From the NCBI GenBank assembly GCA_965197705.1, contig OZ240223.1, positions 344,638 through 408,637 on the forward strand: a stretch of DNA of 64,000 nucleotides, written 5' to 3'. Shown piece after piece: positions 27,977 to 36,806 of the stretch. Source of the DNA: Dehalococcoidia bacterium (GTDB lineage Bacteria > Chloroflexota > Dehalococcoidia > Lucifugimonadales > VXLM01). Position 1 is the first letter of the stretch; each line of letters opens with the position of its first letter. The notes under the pieces are model-generated. The model worked only from the letters and a program-made list of their open reading frames with translations, was not told the DNA's origin and made no database searches. Made by a program: the position numbers and the translations under genes.

Positions 27977-28471
27977 CTACTGAGTCCGCTCCCAGTCCTC
28001 GATGATCAGCACATTGTGCGGAAATGCCAGGTCAGGAAGGCCGCCCGCCTCGAACCAGTCCGCGTCCTGGGCATCCGTACCCGCCATCAGTTCACCACCG
28101 GCTATCCTGCCCGAGTACGCCACAACGATCACGGGATTCGATGGTAATGAATAGACGCCGATCAGCCCCGTGACATCGACTTCCAGGCCCGTTTCCTCCA
28201 GGACTTCTCGGCGCGCCGCCGCCTCAACCTCCTCGCCCCTGTCCACATACCCGCCGGGAAAGCACCACTTGCCGATCTGCGGTTCCACGCCACGCTGAAC
28301 GAAGAGCAGCTTGCCGTTGGCCGAGACCAGCACCACTACCGCGACCTTGGGGTCGAGAAAGACCACGAGCCCGCAGCTCGGGCACGTCGGCCTCGGCTTA
28401 CCTTCGAACTCTTGCTGCTCAAGAGCGTGTCCGCACCGCTGGCAGTAGTTGGTATCGTCGTACTCGGCCAT
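27977..28471 (-). CDS. NUDIX hydrolase with N-terminal zinc ribbon (NudC-like architecture)
   Basis: 164 aa. CQRC..x..CPSC, then the Nudix box GGYVDRGEEVEAAARREVLEETGLEV. Confidence 0.8.
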   Translation of the reverse strand: MAEYDDTNYCQRCGHALEQQEFEGKPRPTCPSCGLVVFLDPKVAVVVLVSANGKLLFVQRGVEPQIGKWCFPGGYVDRGEEVEAAARREVLEETGLEVDVTGLIGVYSLPSNPVIVVAYSGRIAGGELMAGTDAQDADWFEAGGLPDLAFPHNVLIIEDWERTQ

Positions 28472-28896
28472 GGCCTGCCCATGCTATCGAACGGCGTAGA
28501 GCCCTGTCCAACACGGGGTTTGCCTGACAACTCACCTGTTGCACGCCCACACCCAGAGCAATCGAATTCAGTGGGAGAGGTGGAGAATTCCTCCTATGAC
28601 GCGGTCGATGGGGTGTCTAAGGAGGGCATCCATTTAGGCACATTCTGAGAAGGTTCGCCTACCGACGAGATCGATTTATCGCTCTTGCCATTCCCTAGTT
28701 TATTGTCAAGCGCATCTGCCTAAGATTCGGAAGTTCTGTAACATTTCGCAACACTTTGTTACTTTGCCAGCCTGGGCGTATGCCGGAGACCCCTTTCCGG
28801 GATGAGGATTTCGGTCTCCACAAAATAGCCCGCGCCCTGGTTGTCGCAGATCAATACTAGCGCATACGTGCTTATCGGTCAAGTCGACCGTCTGAA

Positions 28897-29051
28897 CGTA
28901 ACTGTTCAGTCTCCGTGAGTTGAATTGCAAGGACCCCCTCTCTGTATCTCTCCCCCGGCGAGGGAGAGTTTGTAGATTATTCGTCGCTGCGCTCATCGGA
29001 ATGACAGCAGGAGGACAATTCCTGCATATCTCACCGACTCTGAACAGTTAC
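28897..29051 (+). mobile_element. MITE family 1, full-length copy
   Basis: 155 bp. TIR GTAACTGTTCAGTCTC...GACTCTGAACAGTTAC. Central CCCCCTCTCTGTATCTCTCCCCCGGCGAGGGAGAG hairpin. 127 nt upstream of sodN. Confidence 0.8.
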
Positions 29052-29177
29052 GTCTGAACACGGAAGAAAAGGGCAACAAGATGCTGCGCCCTTACCCGGT
29101 TTCCCTTGCGCGTCTACGGCCATCTTGATACCCTTCAGTTCGCCAAAACATCAGACAATGGAGGACGGTTCCCCACC

Positions 29178-29639
29178 ATGATTCAAACACTGAAACGACT
29201 AATAGCCATTCGTGAGGTCCACGCTCACTGCGACATCCCCTGCGGCATCTACGACCCCATCGCGGCAAAGATCGCCGCTCAGACCGTGCTGAAGATGGTC
29301 GTCCGCATCGAGGCCATGGACGGCAGCGGTATGGATGCCGCGTCGGGCAACTCTTTCTCCCGCTACGTGGCCGTCAAGGAGGAGCACGCCGAGCTGTGCA
29401 AGCGCGAGCTTAACATCCTCAGCAACGACTACTTCAAGCCTGAGCACCTTGATGACCATCCCGACCTGCCTTCGAAGATCTGGGGAGCGGCAAAGCTCGC
29501 GTCCACCAACAAGCAGGGTGTCGACAAAGAGGCCGCCGAAAGCCTCGTGGCCGCCGTCGACGAGATAGCCACGATCTTCTGGGCCACCAAGGGCGTTGAG
29601 TACAGCGACCCCGTCGCCTCGGTGCGCTTCGGTACCTAA
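29178..29639 (+). CDS. sodN: nickel superoxide dismutase
   Basis: ATG 29178 preferred (track starts at 29106). A 16-aa leader is followed by HCDIPCGIYDP, the Ni-hook motif of NiSOD. Confidence 0.9.
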   Translation: MIQTLKRLIAIREVHAHCDIPCGIYDPIAAKIAAQTVLKMVVRIEAMDGSGMDAASGNSFSRYVAVKEEHAELCKRELNILSNDYFKPEHLDDHPDLPSKIWGAAKLASTNKQGVDKEAAESLVAAVDEIATIFWATKGVEYSDPVASVRFGT

Positions 29640-29705
29640 CCTGCAGGGCTGACCCTTTCACTCTAACGGAAGGCACACTAGCTTCGAGCGTGAGGAGGCA
29701 CGTAC

Positions 29706-29888
29706 ATGGTCTTCCTCATCCCGAAGTTCATTATCCCAACGGTTATTCTGGTCGTTGGGATAATGTTCGTCATTAGGGGCATAATGTCCATCAGAAGGAG
29801 GCACGAAGGCGGACTTCCCCTGGGTGTCGCGGAGTTGATATTCGGCCTCTTGGCGTTGGGCGCGGCGGTGATCCTTTGGCCCTTCTAG
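29706..29888 (+). CDS. small two-helix membrane protein
   Basis: 60 aa, strong SD (GAGGAGG) 7 nt upstream, two hydrophobic helices. Confidence 0.55.
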   Translation: MVFLIPKFIIPTVILVVGIMFVIRGIMSIRRRHEGGLPLGVAELIFGLLALGAAVILWPF

Positions 29889-30005
29889 CCGTGTCGAGAA
29901 TACACTGCCCGAAAGTTATCGGCGCCTGACCTCACCGCAGCTCCACTTTAGACGCCCGGACACCAGCCTTACAGTACGTCGAATGGTCTCACGGAGACGC
30001 TTGCC

Positions 30006-30623
30006 GTGCCCGATATTGCAATCGCGCGGATGTTCAAGGACTTCGGCATCGCCACGCCCGGCGCGCAGAAGACCGCGCGCGAGGCCTTGTCGCGCGCGGG
30101 AATCATATCCTCGCGCCCCAATCGCACCAACATCGCGTCCGAGAAGGTTGGCCGCGCCCGCGAGGCCCTCGAAACGGCATTCCTCTGGCACTGCGGCAAC
30201 GGCGACTGCCGGAGGCAGGCCGAAGCAAGCCGCAGCCTGCTCGTGGACCAGGTCCGCTGCACGATCTGCGGCGGCTCAAAAGACCGCAGTTCCCTGGAGG
30301 CAATGGCCTCAGCGCTGGCCGGCGCCAACGTCAGCAAGGTCCTGGTCGTTGGTGGCACCGAGGCGAAGACTCGGGAGATACGTGAGAAGTCGCCTCGTGG
30401 CATCGAGTGGCGGTTCGTCGACGGCACGAAGTCGAAGGACGACCGCTACTTTCGCCCCGCCCGCCGCTGGGCGGACGTCATCGTCATATGGGGCAGCACC
30501 GTTCTCGACCATCGAGTGTCGTCGCACTTCGAGGCCAAGGGCGATTCTCGTGTCATCACCGTCACCCGCCGAAGCATTGGCGCGCTTGCCGAAGCGGTCG
30601 TTGAACACCTCAGCCGGCGATAG
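30006..30623 (+). CDS. hypothetical protein, Cys cluster + DUF2325-like C-terminal domain
   Basis: 205 aa, GTG start. HCGNGDC..x17..CTICGG. The C-terminus (VLVVGG..ADVIVIWGSTVLDHRVS..) resembles DUF2325 from memory. Confidence 0.5.
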   Translation: MPDIAIARMFKDFGIATPGAQKTAREALSRAGIISSRPNRTNIASEKVGRAREALETAFLWHCGNGDCRRQAEASRSLLVDQVRCTICGGSKDRSSLEAMASALAGANVSKVLVVGGTEAKTREIREKSPRGIEWRFVDGTKSKDDRYFRPARRWADVIVIWGSTVLDHRVSSHFEAKGDSRVITVTRRSIGALAEAVVEHLSRR

Positions 30624-30661
30624 GCCGATTACGATCGCAACCTGCCCAGTTGGTGAGTCGT

Positions 30662-31141
30662 TTATCCGCCTCCGACGGCTCGCCTGGTCGCCATAATCTG
30701 CAGCGCGTGCTCCGAGAGGTGGGAGATGACGAGCGAGCTCGCTGCCTGGAGGGCCGTCCCCGACTTCGCGCTAGGCCCGTAGGTGACAGGACGTTCGAGG
30801 TCGGACGATGACATCCCCTGCAGTATCTCCAGCGTTCGCTGACACGACTCGCTCAGCCGCCTTGTGACCGTTGCGATGTCGTCTCCGCTGTGCGCTTCGA
30901 CGGACGCCGTGCGCCGGTCTATCTCGCTGTGGGAACGCGCGAGATCGGGTTCCTGGTCGGCGTTGGCGATCTTCTCCATCCACATGGCCTGCATCTCGAT
31001 AACGTGCGCGGCCACCTCCGACGCCGTCCACTCTCCCGGCTCCGGGGCCGTGTGCAGCTCCTGTTCGGTGGCGCCTGCCAGCGAGTCCGCGACCTCCCGC
31101 TGAGCCGCTTGCAGTTCCTGTGCCAGTGTTTCGATTGTCAT
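30662..31141 (-). CDS. DinB-family (DinB_2 four-helix bundle) protein
   Basis: 159 aa. W..EV..H and ISHLSEH His triad pattern of the DinB superfamily. Confidence 0.6.
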   Translation of the reverse strand: MTIETLAQELQAAQREVADSLAGATEQELHTAPEPGEWTASEVAAHVIEMQAMWMEKIANADQEPDLARSHSEIDRRTASVEAHSGDDIATVTRRLSESCQRTLEILQGMSSSDLERPVTYGPSAKSGTALQAASSLVISHLSEHALQIMATRRAVGGG

Positions 31142-31193
31142 GGTCTATTCTCCTTCGCGATCTCCGCGCCCTCTGAGGTGAGTCCTCACCGGC

Positions 31194-31979
31194 TCACACG
31201 CTCTGCGTCTCGAATCCCCACTCGACCAGGTCTGCCTGCAATGCCCTCATTCGCGAGTCCTCGTGTTCGAGATTCTGCGCAACCGGATGGAAAGAGTACG
31301 TCATCTCCTCGTAGTACGACCGCAGCAGGGCCATCTGCTCCTCGGTCTTCGGCTTCTGGAAGTAGTTGATGGCGTGCTGATGCCGTCCGGCGTGGCCGCC
31401 GAACGCTCCGTGGTACGTGTTTTCCTTGAAAGCCACGACGTCGCCCGGCGTCGTCTCTACCGCGTAGGACGGCACCTCATCGAGCGGGACGCCCCAGACC
31501 CTGGCGTCCGGGTCGTCGATGCGCCGGCTGATGCGATTGAGCCGCTCCGAAAAGTCCCCCTTGTGGGAGCCGGGGATAAACCTCAGCGCGCCGGTCTCCC
31601 TGGTCAGAGGTTCGAGGTAGAACCCGATCTTGACGTGCGGGAGTATCTCGCAGTCGTTCCCGCCGCCGTGCCACGGTGTATCGCCTACGTGCAGGTTCCC
31701 CTCGGTAACGTCGAGGAAGATGTCGGGGCCGAGCAGCCCTTCCGCGATACCGAGAATCCGCGAGTCGATAATCAGGCTTTGCAGAAAGGGGCGTCGCTCG
31801 AAGAACGGCTGGACGGCCTGCCACTTGCTGCCGTCGAACGTCGCGCCGCCTCGCACCTCGGCCATGATGTCGTCAGACTCGCGCAGCATCGTGGCAACCT
31901 CGTCCGGTGTCAGCAGCTGCCGGAATACCAGGAACCCGAACGTCTCGAAGAAGTCCTTCTGGTCGCAAGTCAATTTCAT
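31194..31979 (-). CDS. phytanoyl-CoA dioxygenase (PhyH) family Fe(II)/2-oxoglutarate oxygenase
   Basis: ATG 31979 preferred (GGAGG 6 nt upstream); track starts at 32009. FFETFGFLVFRQLL, PWHGGG, FIPGSHK motifs. Confidence 0.8.
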   Translation of the reverse strand: MKLTCDQKDFFETFGFLVFRQLLTPDEVATMLRESDDIMAEVRGGATFDGSKWQAVQPFFERRPFLQSLIIDSRILGIAEGLLGPDIFLDVTEGNLHVGDTPWHGGGNDCEILPHVKIGFYLEPLTRETGALRFIPGSHKGDFSERLNRISRRIDDPDARVWGVPLDEVPSYAVETTPGDVVAFKENTYHGAFGGHAGRHQHAINYFQKPKTEEQMALLRSYYEEMTYSFHPVAQNLEHEDSRMRALQADLVEWGFETQSV

Positions 31980-32090
31980 CGTGGACCTCCGTGCCGTGCT
32001 TGAAATCACGCGCGGGGTAGTCTATGGCAGAGGCCGATAGTCGTCAACGAAAGCCGACCGTCCGGCATTGGAGGCGATGATGGCCTCGCC

Positions 32091-33025
32091 GGCGTGAGAC
32101 GGTTTGAGAATATGAGACGGTTTGAGAATCGCTTGCTCGTATTTTCTTCAGGTGCTGCGGGCGGCTCACTGCGTATAGGGCCTTCCGGGCAGGGAGTTTC
32201 GTAGGTGACATGGCGACGCGCACGGGGTATGAGCCGTTCGGCGTGAGACGGTTTGAGAATATGAGACAGTTTGAGAATCGCTGGCTCGCTCGTATTTTCC
32301 TCAGGTTCTGCAGGCGATGCACTGCGTACAGGTCCTTCCGGGCAGGGAGTTTCGTAGGTGAATTGGCGGCGCGCACCGGGGTATGAGCCGTTCGGCGTGA
32401 GACAGTTTGAGAATCGCTGGCTCGCTCGTATTTTCCTCAGGTTCTGCGGGCGATGCACTGCGTACAGGGCCTTCCGGGCAGGGAGTATCGTAGGTGAATT
32501 GGCGACGCGCACGGGGTATGAGCCGTTCGGCGTGAGACGGTTTGAGAATATGAGACAGTTTGAGAATCGCTGGCTCGCTCGTATTTTCCTCAGGTGCTGC
32601 GGGCGGCTCACTGCGTATAGGGCCTTCCGGGAAGGGAGTTTCGTAGGTGACATGGCGACGCGCACCGGGGTATGAGCCGTTCGGCGTGAGACAGTTTGAG
32701 AATATGAAACAGTTTGAGAATCGCTGGCTCGCTCGTATTTTCTTCAGGTGCTGCGGGCGATGCACTGCGTACAGGGCCTTCCGGGCAGGGAGTATCGTAG
32801 GTGAATTGGCGGCGCGCAGGGGGTATGAGCCGTTCGGCGTGAGACAGTTTGAGAATATGAGACGGTTTGAGAATGTGAGACGGTCTGAGAATGTGAGACG
32901 GTTTGAGAATGTGAGACGGTTTGAGAATGTGAGACGGCTTGAGAATATGAGACGGTTTGAGAATATGAGACGGTCTGAGAATATGAGACGGTCTGAGAAT
33001 GTGAGACGGTTTGAGAATATGTGAC
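32091..33025. repeat. hierarchical tandem repeat: five 136-154 bp units plus 10 x 18-bp units
   Basis: Long units start at 32130, 32279, 32415, 32568 and 32722 in two sequence variants (order A-B-B-A-B). Each junction carries 1-2 copies of (G/A)TGAGAC(G/A)GT(T/C)TGAGAAT. The same 18-mer is repeated 10 times at 32839-33018, with a partial unit to 33025. Confidence 0.9.
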
Positions 33026-33129
33026 TTGCTCCAATTCTCGAGGCTTTCTTCACGAATCATCTTGCTCGGTTTCACGGTTTCGGGTACTTCAGGCCAAGCC
33101 GTTTCTGCGTCAAGAACAGAGTAGGCCAT
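32608..33129 (-). CDS. possible repeat-peptide ORF (35-aa leader + 10 x SHIL(K/R)P + 51-aa repeats)
   Basis: 173-aa ORF with ATG start and a unique N-terminus MAYSVLDAETAWPEVPETVKPSKMIREESLENWSK. All three minus-strand frames are open across the repeat, there is no clear SD, and unit lengths are not all multiples of 3. Coding status is therefore unresolved. Confidence 0.25.
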   Translation of the reverse strand: MAYSVLDAETAWPEVPETVKPSKMIREESLENWSKSHILKPSHILRPSHILRPSHILKPSHILKPSHILKPSHILKPSHILRPSHILKPSHILKLSHAERLIPPARRQFTYDTPCPEGPVRSASPAAPEENTSEPAILKLFHILKLSHAERLIPRCASPCHLRNSLPGRPYTQ

Positions 33130-33271
33130 GTGTTCTCACACGTCAAAACGGCGATTGACAACCGGCGGGACACTTGGACGGGGTCTGTGCGGGGCTAGTA
33201 GATGGAATACTTTGAAAGGTGAGTAGGCAAGATTGGAGCAATATGGCAGGATTCTCGCCTTGCCAGAATTT

Positions 33272-33328
33272 CTGGATTCCTGCCCCGTATCAGGGTACGG
33301 GGTGACGTTCCTGCGCAGGAATGACGGG
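33272..33328. repeat. REP family A composite unit
   Basis: TGGATTCCTGCCCCGTATCAGGGTACGGGGTGACGTTCCTGCGCAGGAATGACGG, near-identical to the unit at 24326-24385. Confidence 0.7.
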
Positions 33329-33604
33329 TTGGGCGCGGTGTTACATAAATTGCAGGTAGTCGGAACGAACCGTCATGAATTACCTACCAATGCAATGGCG
33401 TTAGGCAACTCGTTCGGTCAATGGGGTGGGGGCGTTGGTGGTCGGAGTCCGACGGGGCCCGGGCTGCGAGTGGCACTCATTCTTCCGGAGAAGATAGGCG
33501 CTCGCAGGTGTTCGACCCGGGCCCTAGTTTACTCGTCGGACGGGCGCCTGTTCCTTGAATCGTACCACAGCGTCCGTTGGTGATGGTAGCATAAAGGGGG
33601 CTAC

Positions 33605-33758
33605 GTAACTGTTCAGTCTCCGTGAGTTGAATTGCAAAGACCCCCTCTCTGTATCTCTCCCCCGGCGGGGGAGAGATTGTAGATTCTTCGTCGCTGCGCT
33701 CATCGGAATGACAGCAGGAGGACAATTCCTGCATATCTCACCGACTCTGAACAGTTAC
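33605..33758 (+). mobile_element. MITE family 1, full-length copy
   Basis: 154 bp, same TIRs and central hairpin CTCTCCCCCGGCGGGGGAGAG. 45 nt upstream of the aroC start. Confidence 0.8.
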
Positions 33759-33802
33759 GGGGCTACACACAGGGTGCAAGTCACCTCAATAAGGGCGCGA
33801 GT

Positions 33803-34891
33803 ATGGGAAATACGTTTGGAAAGATGTTCCGCATCACGACGTGGGGTGAGTCGCATGGCGACGCTGTCGGAGTGGTCGTGGACGGGTGTCCGCCACTGAT
33901 CGAGATCGACATCGCGGACATTCAGAAGGAGCTTGCACGCCGCCGCCCCGGACAGAGCCGGATAACCACCCAGCGCCGCGAGTCGGACGAGGCACAGATA
34001 TTGTCAGGCGTGTTCGAGGGCAGATCGCTTGGCACGCCGATCATGATCGGCGTCTGGAACTCCGACCAGCGTTCCAAGGACTACGAGCACATGCGGACGA
34101 AGTTCCGCCCGTCGCATGCCGACTACACCTATCAGGTCAAGTACGGCGTCCGCAACTGGAAGGGGGGAGGACGCGCAAGCGCGCGGGAGACCATCGGCAG
34201 GGTGGCTGCGGGGGCGATAGCCAAGAAGATTCTCGCCCAGGAGTTCGGCGTCGAGATCGTCGGCTACGTGAAGCAGGTCTCCGACATGGTGGCCGACGTG
34301 GACCCCGAGACCGTGGCGATGTCCGATGTCGAGTCGACGATCGTCCGGTGCCCGGATCCTGATATAGTAGAGCGGATGATCGAGCGCATCGACGAGGCGC
34401 GAAAGGCCGGAGACACTCTCGGAGGCGTCGTCGAGGCCGTGGCTCGCAACGTCCCGCCGGGACTGGGAGAGCCGGTGTTCGACAAGCTGGAAGCCGAGCT
34501 CGGGAGGGGGGTCCTCTCGCTGCCCGCCTGCAAGGGATTCGAGGTCGGGTCGGGGTTCGGCGGCATAACGATGACGGGCTCCACGCATAATGACCCGTTC
34601 TACAACGAGGCAGGCCGGATAAGGACACGCACGAACTACTCGGGCGGCATTCAGGGCGGCATCTCCAACGGCGAGAGCATCGTCATTCGAGCCGCGTTCA
34701 AGCCTGTGGCGACCATTATGATGCCGCAGGAAACGGTCGACGAGGACGGCAACCCGACGGAGCTGTCGGGCAGGGGACGACATGACCCGTGCGTTCTGCC
34801 CCGGGCTGTGCCTATGGTCGAGGCGATGATGGCCCTCGTGCTGGTCGATCATGCCCTCCGCCAGCGCGGCCAGGTCGGCGACGTGGGATGA
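33803..34891 (+). CDS. aroC: chorismate synthase
   Basis: 362 aa. [22 protein letters not shown]-like ([13 protein letters not shown]), RHDPCV motifs. Confidence 0.96.
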   Translation: MGNTFGKMFRITTWGESHGDAVGVVVDGCPPLIEIDIADIQKELARRRPGQSRITTQRRESDEAQILSGVFEGRSLGTPIMIGVWNSDQRSKDYEHMRTKFRPSHADYTYQVKYGVRNWKGGGRASARETIGRVAAGAIAKKILAQEFGVEIVGYVKQVSDMVADVDPETVAMSDVESTIVRCPDPDIVERMIERIDEARKAGDTLGGVVEAVARNVPPGLGEPVFDKLEAELGRGVLSLPACKGFEVGSGFGGITMTGSTHNDPFYNEAGRIRTRTNYSGGIQGGISNGESIVIRAAFKPVATIMMPQETVDEDGNPTELSGRGRHDPCVLPRAVPMVEAMMALVLVDHALRQRGQVGDVG

Positions 34892-35673
34892 CGGAGCGAG
34901 TATGGGACGCCGGCCGGTATGACAGCGCCCACTCGTTCGTATGGGAGCGGGGCAGGGGGGTCGTAGAAATGCTGGCTCCCGCGCCGGGCGAGCGCATCCT
35001 CAATCTCGGATGCGGCACCGGTCACCTCACCAACCATATAGCAGAGTCGGGCGCGGAGGTGGTCGGCATCGACTCTTCCGAGGACATGGTTGGGGTCGCA
35101 TCGCAGAACTACTCGAACATCCGGTTCGAGGTAGTGGATGCCCGATGGCTGCCCTTCGACGGCGAGTTCGACGCGGTGTTCTCCAACGCGGTGCTCCACT
35201 GGGTCCGTCCACCTGAGGCGGTCGTCGAGTCCGTGTGGCGTTCGTTGAGACCCGGCGGGCGTTTCGTCGCGGAGTTCGGTGGCGAGAATAACATCCGGGC
35301 GATCATGACCGCAGTGGGTGAGGCCTTGGACTCGCTGGAGCAAGACGGCACCGAAGTATACAGGCCCGATATGTACTTCCCGCCACTGGACGAGTACGTC
35401 TCTCTCCTGGAAAGCCGCGACTTCCGCGTCGCGTACTCAGACCACTTCGAGAGGCCGACTCCGCTCGACGGCGGCGAAGAGGGAATGAGCAAGTGGCTCC
35501 GCATGTTCGGCTGGGACTACCTTTCTCCACTGTCGCCAAATCAGCGCGATGAGGTAGTCGCGCGTGTCGAGGAGGTCACCCGGTCGACCCTGTACACTGA
35601 CGGTACGTGGACGGCGGACTACTGGAGAATTCGGATCGAGGCGTTCAAGCCGAATTATACCAATTCTGTGTGA
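34888..35673 (+). CDS. class I SAM-dependent methyltransferase
   Basis: ATG 34888 overlaps the aroC stop (ATGA); the track start 34789 lies inside aroC. Motif [13 protein letters not shown]. Confidence 0.85.
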   Translation: MTERVWDAGRYDSAHSFVWERGRGVVEMLAPAPGERILNLGCGTGHLTNHIAESGAEVVGIDSSEDMVGVASQNYSNIRFEVVDARWLPFDGEFDAVFSNAVLHWVRPPEAVVESVWRSLRPGGRFVAEFGGENNIRAIMTAVGEALDSLEQDGTEVYRPDMYFPPLDEYVSLLESRDFRVAYSDHFERPTPLDGGEEGMSKWLRMFGWDYLSPLSPNQRDEVVARVEEVTRSTLYTDGTWTADYWRIRIEAFKPNYTNSV

Positions 35674-35689
35674 TGCCGCCGTGTTCTTA

Positions 35690-36310
35690 CTGATCGGGCT
35701 CTCTGGATTCCGGCCTTCACCGGAATGACGGATGGCCTTGCGAAGGCCACATAAGGGGATGAAAATGGCGGTGGCCGCTCCTGTCCTCACCTGCCCCACG
35801 GCAACGGCCGGGGATGGATTCCTGCCTTCGCAGGAATGACGGTGTGGGTGTGTGGCGGGCTATTTTCATAGCAATCGCCCATGTCGGTTGTTACCGACAC
35901 CACCAATCATGAAAATGGCGGTAGGGGCGATTCGCGAATCGCCCCTACGGGAGATTGGACGGGGGTTATTTTCAGGGTAATGACGGATGGCGCCGGGAAC
36001 GGGGCCCCTACGATGGGTTTGTCTGAGCCTATTTTCAGAGGAATCGCCCATGTCGGTTGTCACCGACACCACCAATCATGAAAATGGCGGTAGGGGCGAT
36101 TCGCGAATCGCCCCTACGGGAGATTGGACGGGGGTTATTTTCAGAGGAATTATCCATGCAGCCTTGCCGTCTGCACACCGAGGGATGAAAATGGGCACGT
36201 AGCGGGGACGGGCAACCACAAGGGTTGCCCCTACGACAGGTTCGCCTGGGCTTATTTTCGTACGAATGACGGATGGGGACGCTGGTCATGCAAATTACGA
36301 CGTAGTCAGA
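35690..36310. repeat. REP cluster including two ~108-bp direct repeats
   Basis: Family A units at 35704-35732 and 35815-35843. Composite AATCGCCCATGTCGGTTG..GGGGCGATTCGCGAATCGCCCCTACGGGAGATTGGACGGGGGTTATTTTCAG at 35873-35980 and again at 36042-36149. GGGCAACCACAAGGGTTGCCC hairpin at about 36209. Confidence 0.75.
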
Positions 36311-36341
36311 ACGATTTAGTATTAGAAAGGCGGTGCGGACG

Positions 36342-36806
36342 ATGACCGATGACCGCGAGATGTTTGTCGTGAATACGCAGTGCGCCGTCCTGCGCGGCGA
36401 CCGCGTCCTGATGATCGTCAGAGGTGAGGGCGTCAAACATGCCCCGGGAGTGCTGGCCTTTCCCGGCGGCAAGGTCGAGATAGAGGACGGCCCCATCGAC
36501 GTGCTCGAAACTGCAGTCCGGCGTGAGGTGCTGGAGGAGACGGGCATCATTGTTTCGGCTGAGTTGGAATACGTTCGCAGCGTGGTCTTCTCCATGAACG
36601 ACGGGACTCCGGTGGTGGACGTGCTGTTCATGGGAGAATACCGTGAAGGGGAACCTCGAATCACCGACCTCGACGAGGTGGCCGATATCCGGTGGATGAC
36701 GGCGGATGAAGTACTCGCTACGAACGAAATACGACCTTGGCTCAAGGAAGCCATCGCCCTATTGCAGACTATCAGACGACGGCGGACTCGCCACCGTCCA
36801 TGTTGA
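36342..36806 (+). CDS. NUDIX hydrolase
   Basis: ATG 36342 preferred over GTG 36333. Nudix box GGKVEIEDGPIDVLETAVRREVLEETG. Confidence 0.85.
   Translation: MTDDREMFVVNTQCAVLRGDRVLMIVRGEGVKHAPGVLAFPGGKVEIEDGPIDVLETAVRREVLEETGIIVSAELEYVRSVVFSMNDGTPVVDVLFMGEYREGEPRITDLDEVADIRWMTADEVLATNEIRPWLKEAIALLQTIRRRRTRHRPC

Noticed and set aside
28472-28896. Possible riboswitch or sRNA in the 425-nt unassigned region upstream of the sodN MITE (hairpin GGAGACC..GGTCTCC, GTAAC-N16-GTTAC).
   Set aside because: I recognise no known riboswitch consensus. Isolated hairpins are expected in this REP-rich genome, and there is no terminator or expression-platform arrangement.
32091-33025. Possible CRISPR array (short 18-bp repeat separated by ~118-bp intervening segments).
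   Set aside because: The intervening segments are about 90% identical to each other (two variants only), so they are not unique spacers. The 18-mer also occurs 10 times back-to-back with no spacer. No cas genes are present. This is a nested tandem repeat.
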